From contig BPAJ01000002.1 in assembly GCA_019652555.1 (NCBI GenBank), positions 79,014 to 143,013 on the forward strand: 64,000 nt of DNA, given 5' to 3'. The DNA is from Gammaproteobacteria bacterium (GTDB taxonomy: Bacteria; Pseudomonadota; Gammaproteobacteria; Magnimaribacterales; AG-339-G14). The notes beneath the pieces were generated by a model that saw only the letters and a list, made by a program, of their open reading frames with translations, did not search any database and was not told the DNA's origin. Position 1 is the first letter of the stretch. The number at the start of each line of letters is the position of its first letter. The position numbers and the translations under genes were made by a program. Shown one piece after another: positions 51,172-59,956 of the stretch.

Positions 51172-53079
51172 ATGGCAGCAAATATAGAAAAATTTGATTT
51201 TGATCCGGAAAAACTTCGTCAAAAATATAGAGAGGAAAGAGATAAACGTCTTCGCCCTGATGGCAACGACCAATATCAGGAAGTAAAAGGAGATTTCTCA
51301 TATTTTGTAGAAGATCCATATGTCGAAGAAAAAATGGAAAGGGCACCTTTAAAACTTCATACTGAAATTGCAATTATCGGCGGTGGTTTTGGTGGAATGC
51401 TGGCTGCTGCAAGGATAAGAGAAGCAGGATTTGATGATTTTAAAATAATTGAAAAAGGGGGAGACTTTGGAGGGACTTGGTATTGGAATAGATATCCTGG
51501 AGCCTCATGTGACATTGAATCTTATATTTACTTTCCTTTGCTTGAAGAAACTGGATTTATCCCTAAAAGAAAATACACCAATGCTCCTGAGACTCTAGAG
51601 TACTGTGGAGTTATTGCTGAAAAGTTTAATCTTTATGAAAACTCAATTTTGCAAACTGAAGTCACTGAGACAAAGTGGTCGGATGATTCTGGATTATGGA
51701 CAATTAAAACCAACAAAGGCGATGAAATAACTGCAAACTTTGTTGTTCATTCAAATGGACCTTTGAACAGACCAAAGCTACCTGCAATCGATGGAATTAA
51801 TGACTACAAAGGACATACTTTTCATACAAGTCGTTGGGACTACGAATATACCGGAGGATCTTCTCACGGAGACCTGAAAAATCTTTCCGACAAAAAAGTA
51901 GCCATCATTGGTACAGGAGCAACTGCTGTACAGTGCATTCCTCATTTGGGAGCATCTGCAAAAGAGCTTTATGTTTTTCAAAGAACTCCTTCGTCGATAG
52001 ACGTAAGAGCAAATAGAGAAACCGACGAAGACTGGTTTAATTCTATGAAGCCTGGTTGGCATGAAAAAAGAAGAGCTAACTTTGAAGGATTTTTAGCAGG
52101 AGAATTCAGCGGAGAAGATTTAGTAAACGATGGTTGGACTGAAATTTTCAGAACTATATTGTCAGCATTCAGGGCATCAGGACCATCTAAACTCAGAATG
52201 GCTTTGTGGGCATTACTTGCACCATTCAATAAAGATTTTTATAAAAAAGGCCTCAAGCCATATATGGCCGATAAATTCATGAACTTTGTTGGGAAAGAAA
52301 ATATCTCGAATAAAGTTGAAATGGTAGATTTTGCCAAAATGGAGCAAATCAGAGCTAGAGCTGAAGAAATAGTAAAAGATCCAAACGTAGCGGAATCTTT
52401 AAAGCCTTATTACCGACAATTTTGCAAACGCCCATGTTTCCATGATGAATACCTAGATACTTACAATCGCGAAAATGTGACTTTGGTTGATACTCAAGGT
52501 AAGGGCCTAGATAAAATCACTGAAAAGGGCATTTTCTTTGACGGCAAAGAATATGAAGTTGACTGCATCATATTTGCTACAGGCTTTGAGGTGGGAACTG
52601 ACTACACCAGAAGAAGTGGTTATGAAATTTATGGCAGAAAAGGTCTTTCAATAATGGATAAGTGGAAAGATGGTCTATCTACTATGCATGGTATGCATAG
52701 TCGCGGATTCCCAAATAGTTTTTTCTTTGGCCCTCAACAAGCTGGCTTCACAGCAAACTATACTCATTCTTTAGATGAACAGAGTATCCACCTTGCATAT
52801 ATTTTAAAATCCATGAGAGAAAAGAATATGTCTCTAGTTGAGGCTTCAAAAGAAGGTGAGGAAAATTGGGTAAAAACTATCATAGATAACTCAAGAGACA
52901 TGTTGAGTTTTCAAGAAAGTTGCACCCCAGGTTATTACAATAATGAAGGTAAGCCTATGCAGGCTCCACAAAATAATCCTTACGGCGGAGGAGCTCTGAA
53001 TTTTTTCAAACTTATGAAAAAATGGCGTGATAAAGGGGATCTCAAAGGTCTTGAGCTCAGCAGCAATAACTACAATTAA
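51172..53079 (+). CDS. Type I Baeyer-Villiger (flavin-containing) monooxygenase
   Basis: 635 aa with FAD motif IIGGGFGGM, GGTWYWNRYPGASCD, the BVMO fingerprint YKGHTFHTSRW (F/Y-x-G-x3-H-x3-W), and the NADPH motif IIGTGATAVQ. Confidence 0.88.
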   Translation: MAANIEKFDFDPEKLRQKYREERDKRLRPDGNDQYQEVKGDFSYFVEDPYVEEKMERAPLKLHTEIAIIGGGFGGMLAAARIREAGFDDFKIIEKGGDFGGTWYWNRYPGASCDIESYIYFPLLEETGFIPKRKYTNAPETLEYCGVIAEKFNLYENSILQTEVTETKWSDDSGLWTIKTNKGDEITANFVVHSNGPLNRPKLPAIDGINDYKGHTFHTSRWDYEYTGGSSHGDLKNLSDKKVAIIGTGATAVQCIPHLGASAKELYVFQRTPSSIDVRANRETDEDWFNSMKPGWHEKRRANFEGFLAGEFSGEDLVNDGWTEIFRTILSAFRASGPSKLRMALWALLAPFNKDFYKKGLKPYMADKFMNFVGKENISNKVEMVDFAKMEQIRARAEEIVKDPNVAESLKPYYRQFCKRPCFHDEYLDTYNRENVTLVDTQGKGLDKITEKGIFFDGKEYEVDCIIFATGFEVGTDYTRRSGYEIYGRKGLSIMDKWKDGLSTMHGMHSRGFPNSFFFGPQQAGFTANYTHSLDEQSIHLAYILKSMREKNMSLVEASKEGEENWVKTIIDNSRDMLSFQESCTPGYYNNEGKPMQAPQNNPYGGGALNFFKLMKKWRDKGDLKGLELSSNNYN

Positions 53080-53085
53080 TTTTAA

Positions 53086-53481
53086 ATGATAAGTTTGTTC
53101 TATGCAGGGGCTCTCGGTCTTTTTGCAATTATTCTATCTTTTCTTACTGTAAGACAAAGACTTAAAACTGAAATTAGCCTTGGTACTGGGGATAGTGAAG
53201 AATTATTGGCTGCTCAAAGAGCACATGGGAACTTTATTGAATATGCTCTTATTTTTCTTGCTTTATCGTTTGCACTCGAAATTATTGCCGAGATCCCAGA
53301 CTTAGCAATTATTATTTTGGGGGATTTATTCGTCTTTGCTAGAGTTTTGCATGCTTATGCATTAACTGGTGGTGGACACGTCATTTTTAGACAAATGGGC
53401 ATTCTTTTCTCTTGGTTAGTGATATTGATTCAAGCAATATGGGCAATGATTATTTCATCATTTCAGGACCTGTCTTGGTAA
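53086..53481 (+). CDS. MAPEG family membrane protein
   Basis: 131 aa with RAHGNFIEYALIFL and ARVLHA. Paralog of the gene at 25580..25978. Confidence 0.7.
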   Translation: MISLFYAGALGLFAIILSFLTVRQRLKTEISLGTGDSEELLAAQRAHGNFIEYALIFLALSFALEIIAEIPDLAIIILGDLFVFARVLHAYALTGGGHVIFRQMGILFSWLVILIQAIWAMIISSFQDLSW

Positions 53482-53517
53482 CCACTGTATTTGGTTAAAA
53501 CTTTTATTCCAGAATAA

Positions 53518-54117
53518 GTGACTTCAACAGAGCTTTTTGAATTAACACTCGCTCTAAAAATAGTTCTTTGGGTTGAAGCAATAGTTTATTTAGGCCTAGG
53601 TATCTTTGAAATCTTTGATGATTTTTTTAGAAAACTGCCTTCTTGGACAAAACTCAATGGAAAATTAAATGCGTATTTATTCATGGAAGACAAAATGCAA
53701 CATAAATTTCATGCCATTGTTTGTTTTTTTCTCGGTTTCATTGCTCTAAACGGCATCATAGAGGGCGCAGTCACTAGATTTGAAATTGAACTCCTATTTA
53801 TAGGTCTAGCACTAATTATGATGCTTTTGTGGATGATCATGCCTCCTGGAAAAACGGGAATAGCTATGTTTTTAACTAAGCCTGAGACATATCTTTCAAT
53901 TACCATGTTTTTATTGTTTTCCGACCTGATCAGAGTAGAAATTTTTATCATTTGCATTTTGTTCAACGTTTGGGGAATAGCAGTTTTTATCTTCAATACG
54001 AGAAAACTTATTATTCCTTATACTTATAAAAGATATCGTGGCGATGTAATCGAAGCTGGTATTTCAGAAAATAAAGTCAAAACTTGGGATAAGATGTCAG
54101 GATATAAGGAAAATTAA
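53518..54117 (+). CDS. Hypothetical polytopic membrane protein
   Basis: 199 aa with a GTG start and about 5 TM helices. No family recognised. Confidence 0.45.
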   Translation: MTSTELFELTLALKIVLWVEAIVYLGLGIFEIFDDFFRKLPSWTKLNGKLNAYLFMEDKMQHKFHAIVCFFLGFIALNGIIEGAVTRFEIELLFIGLALIMMLLWMIMPPGKTGIAMFLTKPETYLSITMFLLFSDLIRVEIFIICILFNVWGIAVFIFNTRKLIIPYTYKRYRGDVIEAGISENKVKTWDKMSGYKEN

Positions 54118-54123
54118 GTAACA

Positions 54124-54685
54124 ATGAATGAAGCACTAAATAATATTCTCAATAGAAACTCTCCCAGAGAATTGTCTGAACCTTATCCTTCTGAAAAAGA
54201 AATGGAGCTAATTTATCAGGCTGCTCTTAGAGCACCCGATCATGCTTGGCAAAGACCCTCAAGATTTATTCAAGTAACGGGCAAGGGCCTAGAAAAACTT
54301 TCATCTATTTTTGTAGATTTTGCTAAGGACAACATTGAGGATGTTACCGATGAGACATTGCAAAAATATAGAGAGGCACCTTTTCGCGCACCAATGATTG
54401 TCATTCTAATTTCTGAAATCAAGACGCATCCAAAAGTTCCTGAAATAGAGCAAATGCTCTCTACTGCGGCCGCTGCGGAAAATATATTACTTGCGTTAAA
54501 TGCTCTAAATTATGCTGGTATGTGGAGAACTGGAGTTTTTGCACTTAATGAAAAAAATTTTAAAATATTTAAAATTGAAAAATAACCAAAAAATTTGGGT
54601 TTTCTTTATGTAAATCCTACAGGAAAGCAAAAAAATTCCTGAAATGAATATTTCGGAATTCGTTACAGTGGATCTAACCTCTTGA
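54124..54685 (+). pseudogene. ydjA: YdjA-like NAD(P)H nitroreductase with in-frame stop and 3' frameshift
   Basis: ILNRNSPRELSEP...ALRAPDHAWQRPSRFI...APFRAPMIV parallels E. coli YdjA. An in-frame TAA at 54583-85 is followed in the same frame by PKNLGFLYVNPTGKQK. After an A7 run (about 54640) the C-terminus IPEMNISEFVTVDLTS* continues in another frame and ends at 54683-85. Confidence 0.75.
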
Positions 54686-55509
54686 TGGAAAAAGTTTTTA
54701 AAAAATCTATGGACAGGAGTTAGCTGCTTCAACATATGGATATAAAAAAAAAACCTCTTTTTTTTTCTTCATGGGGGGGACAAACTAGATTTGCAGGAAA
54801 AGGTAGCTAAAGTTTCAGCAAGGTTTCTATGTAATTACTTATGATTTAAAAGGGCATGGAGATAGCTTTTTGGGCTGAAAAAAAGGAAATTCAAGGGCGA
54901 AGATCATAAACAAGATTTAGCAGCATTGCTCAAGAGCGAATAAACCGCAAATTTAGTCGGCGCTTCTTTAGGGGGAATGACCTCCTTGTTTTTTGTTGGT
55001 GACGAAAAAATCTGGTTTTGTAAAACTTTGATCATGGTGGATATCGGCATTTATCCAAACCCAAAAAGGCTCAGAAAAATTCTAGACTTTATGAGTTCCG
55101 CTAAAAATGGTTTGAATCTTTAGAAGACTGCTAATCACATTTCAAAGTTTTTACCTCATAAAAAAACCCAAAGACTTGTCAGGGCTTAACAAAAATTTAA
55201 GAAGAAAGACGATAACCGGTTTTTTTGGCACTGGGATCCTAAATTTTAGAAGGAAGAGAAGGAAGAAATAGTAAGGAGTATTTTAAAACCCCTTGAACTG
55301 GCTGCTAGCAAAATAAAACAACCAACTCTATTAATTAGAGGGGCTTTGGTGATGTTTTGACAGACGAAGAAAAGGTTTTTTTTTGAAAAATAAAACATGC
55401 AGAATTTGAAGAGATTGAAAATGCCGCCCTATGGTGGCGGCGACAAAAAAGATATTTTCAGGCTGCTATTTTAAGTTTCTTAAAAAAAAATAATCAAATG
55501 TTGTTTTAA
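54685..55509 (+). pseudogene. Heavily decayed alpha/beta hydrolase
   Basis: Fragments spread over all three frames read PLFFFLHGGGQTRFAG, ITYDLKGHGDS, NLVGASLGGMTSL (nucleophile elbow G-x-S-x-G), KTLIMVDIG, FWHWDPKF, PTLLIRGA, and HAEFEEIENA...AILSFLKK. Many frameshifts and stops. No ORF of 60 aa or more. Confidence 0.8.
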
Positions 55510-55536
55510 TAATAATTTGCTTAGATATTTAGTCCT

Positions 55537-55713
55537 ATGGGGGAAAAAAATTTTTGGGGCTTTACTGCTTTTTTTAAGCAACTATTTTTAATTCTGACCC
55601 AGTTATTTGGAGTGGAATTGGGTACTTTTTTGACTCCCGGGAAAACATCCTCTACATATCCCAAAATTTTAAATTCTTTAGAAGGATTTGAATCTAGCAA
55701 GGCTAATTTCTGA
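55537..55713 (+). CDS. 58-aa hydrophobic ORF: either a small membrane protein or the displaced signal-peptide N-terminus of ORF-A
   Basis: ATG at 55537 gives MGEKNFWGFTAFFKQLFLILTQLFGVELGTF... This overlaps, in a different frame, the first 26 nt of the 55688 ORF, whose own frame only opens at 55682. Confidence 0.35.
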   Translation: MGEKNFWGFTAFFKQLFLILTQLFGVELGTFLTPGKTSSTYPKILNSLEGFESSKANF

Positions 55714-56830
55714 TAAGTTTTCTGGAAACGAAAATATTATTATTGGCGGCTCAGGGAACATATCGAGCGATGAAGGCCTTAACAGCGTACTTTTAGCAAT
55801 TACTTCGGAAAAAATATTCTCCAACTATAGAGGAAAAAATCCATTAGATGGCTCTCATTTGTGCTACAGAACTTATTTGCTTGGCTCTCAAGTTGTTTTG
55901 TACTCTTTAAATGACAAAAAAATCCTCAAAGCATTTCCAAGCACAACCAAAAAAACATTCATTGATGGAGATGACAAGGAAGCTTGTAAAAACTCAACTG
56001 TAAGCTTAAACCTCCATAAAGCAAGATTTGCTGATATTTTGTGGGGCTCTGATTTTGCAAAGATTGGAGTAGGCTCAGATTTTACCAGTAATTACAATTC
56101 TGCAAACTTAGAAACGAGCGGCATGCTTCAAGAACAAATGGAAAAGATCTTAACCCTGAAGAATATATTTGCTAAGGGAAATCAACCAATTGGCGTTAGG
56201 CAAGTAAGTGTTTCTGAATATGCAAATAATCAACTCACAGGAAAGGGAGATTTTTCTCCGCATCAAGATTATATTTCTAACAATGGATTAAATCTCAAAG
56301 AACTCAAAGAATGGTTGGGTGCTGAATTCTCAAAATGGCTAACTCAAGATTTAAAAATTTCTATTGTTCCTTTTTACGAAGGAGAGGGCTTAACTTTAAA
56401 TATAGGAACTACATTTTCTAACTCTGCTGAAGCTTTGAATCTAAAAAAACCTGAATTGAGTTATGGATTTGATTATGTATTAAGAGGTTTTAGAAAAGTT
56501 GATGTGGGAGAAACTCAGACACAAAAAGGAAGCGTTTGGTCTGTTTATTCTGGAATAAAATTTGGAGTTGTTTTAGGCGAAGAACCTGAAGATATAAAAA
56601 CTCTAGCAACCATTCCTTTTACTCAAAGTACAGCTGAACAATATAATAAAACGGATATAATAAATGACTGGGATAATTTTGATGAAACAACACAAGTGGG
56701 TATAAGAGAAATTAGTCAAAACTTAATCAAACAAAATAAAAATTGGATGAAAGAGAGTTCAGAAATATCATCAAAAGAATTTAGGAATTTTGCTAAAACT
56801 ATTTTAAGTAAGGTGGGATATGAAAAATAA
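55688..56830 (+). CDS. ORF-A, hypothetical protein, first gene of the exported-protein operon
   Basis: 380 aa with a TTG start as drawn by the track and no signal peptide in this frame. Ser/Asn/Gly-rich with no recognisable catalytic motif. 11-nt overlap with ORF-B. Confidence 0.55.
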   Translation: MNLARLISDKFSGNENIIIGGSGNISSDEGLNSVLLAITSEKIFSNYRGKNPLDGSHLCYRTYLLGSQVVLYSLNDKKILKAFPSTTKKTFIDGDDKEACKNSTVSLNLHKARFADILWGSDFAKIGVGSDFTSNYNSANLETSGMLQEQMEKILTLKNIFAKGNQPIGVRQVSVSEYANNQLTGKGDFSPHQDYISNNGLNLKELKEWLGAEFSKWLTQDLKISIVPFYEGEGLTLNIGTTFSNSAEALNLKKPELSYGFDYVLRGFRKVDVGETQTQKGSVWSVYSGIKFGVVLGEEPEDIKTLATIPFTQSTAEQYNKTDIINDWDNFDETTQVGIREISQNLIKQNKNWMKESSEISSKEFRNFAKTILSKVGYEK

Positions 56831-57920
56831 AATCAAAATAATCTTCGTTTCTTTGAGCATATTAGGCATAGGATTTTTTCCATCTTATGCTTCGACTGAG
56901 GTTGTTGTAAAAGGAACTGGTTTTAACTCTTTCTCGAAAGGATGTAGCAAAAACAAACCTCGCGATAAAGGATTGCATGAAGCTACAATGGAAAAGGCAA
57001 AAGAAAAGGCTTGGAAAAGATTTATCAATAAACAAGAAGATGATGTTATAGATGTTTATGATGAAAATGAGGATGAAATTCTAGAAAACTTAGATGACTT
57101 CATTTTGGATATGTCAGTTCTAAATCAAGAATGCGATAAATCAAGCAAAACATATGAATTGATAGTAAGGCTGTCAATAGACGACAGAGCTTTCAACAGG
57201 TTTTTAACGAAAGCGACTGGTAATACATCAAGACAGGGAGCTCTAGCAGGGCAAACAACTTTAATCTTGCTTTATCCAAGAGTAGTAGCTACAAGAATAG
57301 ATGCCAAGAGAGCCGACGTAACCGAAAAACGATCCAGTTTCGAAGGTGATGAAGTTAGCGATGTTGATAATAATTCGGCTTCTATTTCAGAAAGGTCTAT
57401 TGAAAAGAATGCAATCATTAAAGGTGGAAGTACCACAGCCTCTAGAAATATATACAAGATAGGTAATCAACAAGATGCTCAGGCTTCAGCTACGAGAGCA
57501 TTGAGAAGATTCAAAATGAGAGCCACTTTTCCTGCAAATATGGTGGCAAGGTCGGAAAGAATGGGAGTGGATGCGAGCTTTTTAAATACTTTGAGAGACG
57601 AGTTTATACAGGAAGGAAATTATTCATTTAATACTTTAGCAAATCTCGAAAATTTTTCTATGGATATTGGAGCCTATCAATTTATTGTTTTAGGTTCTAT
57701 AGATCTTAGCGAAGCTAGAGTAGATCAACAATCAGGGTTACCGAGAGTTACAGCTATAGTAAATATTGAACTATATGAAGCTACAATGGATGGAAATTTT
57801 GTTCTTGCAACTGCTAATGAATCTTATAACGCAGTTGCAGAAACTCAAGAGGAGGCACAATCAGCAGCACTAAAAAAAGCTGCAAAGACTGCGATAGAAG
57901 GTTTATTTACGCAAATTTAA
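56820..57920 (+). CDS. ORF-B, exported hypothetical protein with LPP20/FlgP-like terminal motifs
   Basis: 366 aa with signal peptide MKNKIKIIFVSLSILGIGFFPSYA-ST. N-terminal VVVKGTG...HEATMEKAKEKAWKRFI and C-terminal ETQEEAQSAALKKAAKTAIEGL resemble the LPP20-type G-x-G...A-x3-A-x3-A pattern. Confidence 0.6.
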   Translation: MKNKIKIIFVSLSILGIGFFPSYASTEVVVKGTGFNSFSKGCSKNKPRDKGLHEATMEKAKEKAWKRFINKQEDDVIDVYDENEDEILENLDDFILDMSVLNQECDKSSKTYELIVRLSIDDRAFNRFLTKATGNTSRQGALAGQTTLILLYPRVVATRIDAKRADVTEKRSSFEGDEVSDVDNNSASISERSIEKNAIIKGGSTTASRNIYKIGNQQDAQASATRALRRFKMRATFPANMVARSERMGVDASFLNTLRDEFIQEGNYSFNTLANLENFSMDIGAYQFIVLGSIDLSEARVDQQSGLPRVTAIVNIELYEATMDGNFVLATANESYNAVAETQEEAQSAALKKAAKTAIEGLFTQI

Positions 57921-57964
57921 ATTTTGCTTTATAAAACAAAAAAAAATTTTTTAGGAGAGAAAAA

Positions 57965-58660
57965 ATGAAAAATATTTATAAAACAATACTTTTTACATTA
58001 GGTATTTTATTGTCATCATTAAGCTTTGCACAATTTGGTGGATTGGGAGGCTTAAAGGATGCTATTGGAGGAGGAGATTCCTCTGGAGGAGGAAACGCAT
58101 TAGCTTTACAGGCTGAACTGATTTTAGGAATGAGTGTCGCAATGAACTCTTTCTTGAAAGCAGACGCTAAGTTTATGAGTGCAATTGGCCAAGATGCAGA
58201 AGCGAAAAAGCTTCTAAATCTTGTGGAAGAGCCTTCTGAGAATGACAAAAAACTTGAAGCAAAGATCAAGGCAAGTGGTGAGGCAGATATAAAAATGCAA
58301 TCCTTCATTGATTCCGGAAAGGAATTAAGTGCGGAAGGAAAAAAAGATTTAGCTGAAGGACTTTTGCCTTATGCAATAGGAATGGCCTCAATGATTAAAA
58401 TGGCAAAAGTAGCGCCTGAATTTTTGCAAGCCTCAGTAGACGAGATTAAAAGCATTAAAAATCCTATGCAAATTATGAAAGTGAAAAAACAATTTGACTT
58501 AGGAGTAAAAACAGGAAAAAAGGTTCCTGATCTATTCAAAAAACTTGGAGCTTCTTCAAAAAAACTTTTTGGTTTTGCTAAAGCGAACAAGATAGATATG
58601 AAAAAAGTTCAGAGTGATGCAAAAAAAGCAGGAGCAGCAGACGGTATACCTAGTATGTAA
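57965..58660 (+). CDS. ORF-C, exported Gly-rich then Lys-rich helical hypothetical protein
   Basis: 231 aa with an AGGAGA SD and signal peptide MKNIYKTILFTLGILLSSLSFA-Q. A FGGLGGLKDAIGGGDSSGGGN linker is followed by a predicted all-helical Lys/Ala-rich body. Confidence 0.6.
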   Translation: MKNIYKTILFTLGILLSSLSFAQFGGLGGLKDAIGGGDSSGGGNALALQAELILGMSVAMNSFLKADAKFMSAIGQDAEAKKLLNLVEEPSENDKKLEAKIKASGEADIKMQSFIDSGKELSAEGKKDLAEGLLPYAIGMASMIKMAKVAPEFLQASVDEIKSIKNPMQIMKVKKQFDLGVKTGKKVPDLFKKLGASSKKLFGFAKANKIDMKKVQSDAKKAGAADGIPSM

Positions 58661-58666
58661 CTAAAA

Positions 58667-59938
58667 ATGTTTTTAAGAAAATTTCTATTCTTTGTCACGC
58701 TTTCTACATTTGTAACTTTTGGCTTTAGCCAAATAGAAACTGTATCAGTAAATTCCAAAGGCTATGGAGACGGACCAGAGTCTGCATTAAATTCTGCTTT
58801 GACTCAGGCCATTGGACAAGTGAATGGAAGATCCATAGATTCTGATAGTTTACTTACGACAACAGAAAAAACCTCCACTAAAAATGATGAGTCAGATTAC
58901 CTTTCCAGTAGAGATTTCAAAGAATCAATCAAATCTAAAACTAAAGGAGTAGTAGAAAGTTATTCGATACTATCTAATGCAAAAGATGATTCTGGTTTAT
59001 GGGTTGCTGAAATTACAGCACAAATTGCTAGGTTCAAAACTTCGAAATCTGCAAATCGAAAAAGAATAGCCGTAATTGATTTGATAGGTAGACAAGGATG
59101 TTGCCTAACAGTGGAGGGCGAACTTAATCCAGATGTTGCAGCTTATGAAGTTTCAAGTGCTATTTCTAATTTTCTTGTTCAAAGTAGAAAATTCACTGTT
59201 TTAGATAGATCATTCCAAGGATTTGCAGAAACTGAGAGAAATACTCTTAAAACTTCTGAAAATATGCCTGTTAAAGAGTTAGCTAAATTAGGTCAGGAAC
59301 TATTTGCAGACATGATTCTTGTTGGGAATTTAAATTCCATCCGTCTTCAAAAGGCACAAAGAAAAATGAATACTTCTGATCGAGTTTTAGAATATTTAAC
59401 TGGAAATATTGCGACAAACATCAGGATAATTGACACTGCTACAGGTCAAATTAAATTTTCTTCTTCTCTGAGAATGAATCCAAAAGATTTAGATCTAAAT
59501 CTTGGAAGTGACATTTTCACTATTTCAAAAAAAGTTGGCGAGCGAGTTGGATTTACAGTTCTCAATGCGATTTATCCTATTCAGGTTACCGGTGTCACCG
59601 AGAAAATTGTTGTTGACCTTAATACAGGAGGAGATGTTGTTTCTGTAGGTCAAGTTTTTGACCTGATGTTGTTGGGAGAAAAAATAAAAGATGCTTATAC
59701 AAAGGAATCTCTTGGAAAAAGAGAGACAAAGATAGGTACAGTTGAAATTACCCAAGTCTCTCCGAAACAATCTAGAGGGAAAGCTACCTTGATAAACGAA
59801 ACTTCAAATCTTGAAACAAACTTTAAACCGAAGATGTATATTTTAAGATTGAGCAATTCAAGTAAAAAACAAGCTTTGAAGAAAAAGACTAAGGAAGTAA
59901 GAAAACAAATAGAAAAAGATTTTGAGGATTTATATTAA
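58667..59938 (+). CDS. ORF-D, exported three-module protein: LPP20-like N-domain, CsgG/FlgO-like core, C-terminal beta domain
   Basis: 423 aa with signal peptide MFLRKFLFFVTLSTFVTFGFS-Q. N-terminal VNSKGYGDGPESALNSALTQAIGQVNG. Core KRIAVIDLIGR...ISNFLVQSRKFTVLDRS...LAKLGQELFADMILVGNL matches the CsgG-family pattern. C-terminal GGDVVSVGQVFDL...IGTVEITQVSPKQSRGKA. Confidence 0.6.
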   Translation: MFLRKFLFFVTLSTFVTFGFSQIETVSVNSKGYGDGPESALNSALTQAIGQVNGRSIDSDSLLTTTEKTSTKNDESDYLSSRDFKESIKSKTKGVVESYSILSNAKDDSGLWVAEITAQIARFKTSKSANRKRIAVIDLIGRQGCCLTVEGELNPDVAAYEVSSAISNFLVQSRKFTVLDRSFQGFAETERNTLKTSENMPVKELAKLGQELFADMILVGNLNSIRLQKAQRKMNTSDRVLEYLTGNIATNIRIIDTATGQIKFSSSLRMNPKDLDLNLGSDIFTISKKVGERVGFTVLNAIYPIQVTGVTEKIVVDLNTGGDVVSVGQVFDLMLLGEKIKDAYTKESLGKRETKIGTVEITQVSPKQSRGKATLINETSNLETNFKPKMYILRLSNSSKKQALKKKTKEVRKQIEKDFEDLY

Positions 59939-59956
59939 ATTTAAAAGAGAAAAACT

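Noticed and set aside
40713-54585. Possibility that the in-frame TAA/TAG codons (40713-18, 45601-03, 45688-90, 54583-85) reflect stop-codon reassignment.
   Set aside because: TAA and TAG terminate the highly conserved genes in this window (rpmH, atp genes, glmU, rlmN and others) at exactly the expected C-termini. The standard code therefore applies.
55501-55529. Possible sigma70 promoter TTGTTT-17 nt-GATATT just upstream of the 55537 ATG.
   Set aside because: Both hexamers match only 4 of 6 positions in very AT-rich DNA. The predicted start site would leave essentially no leader. It is indistinguishable from chance.
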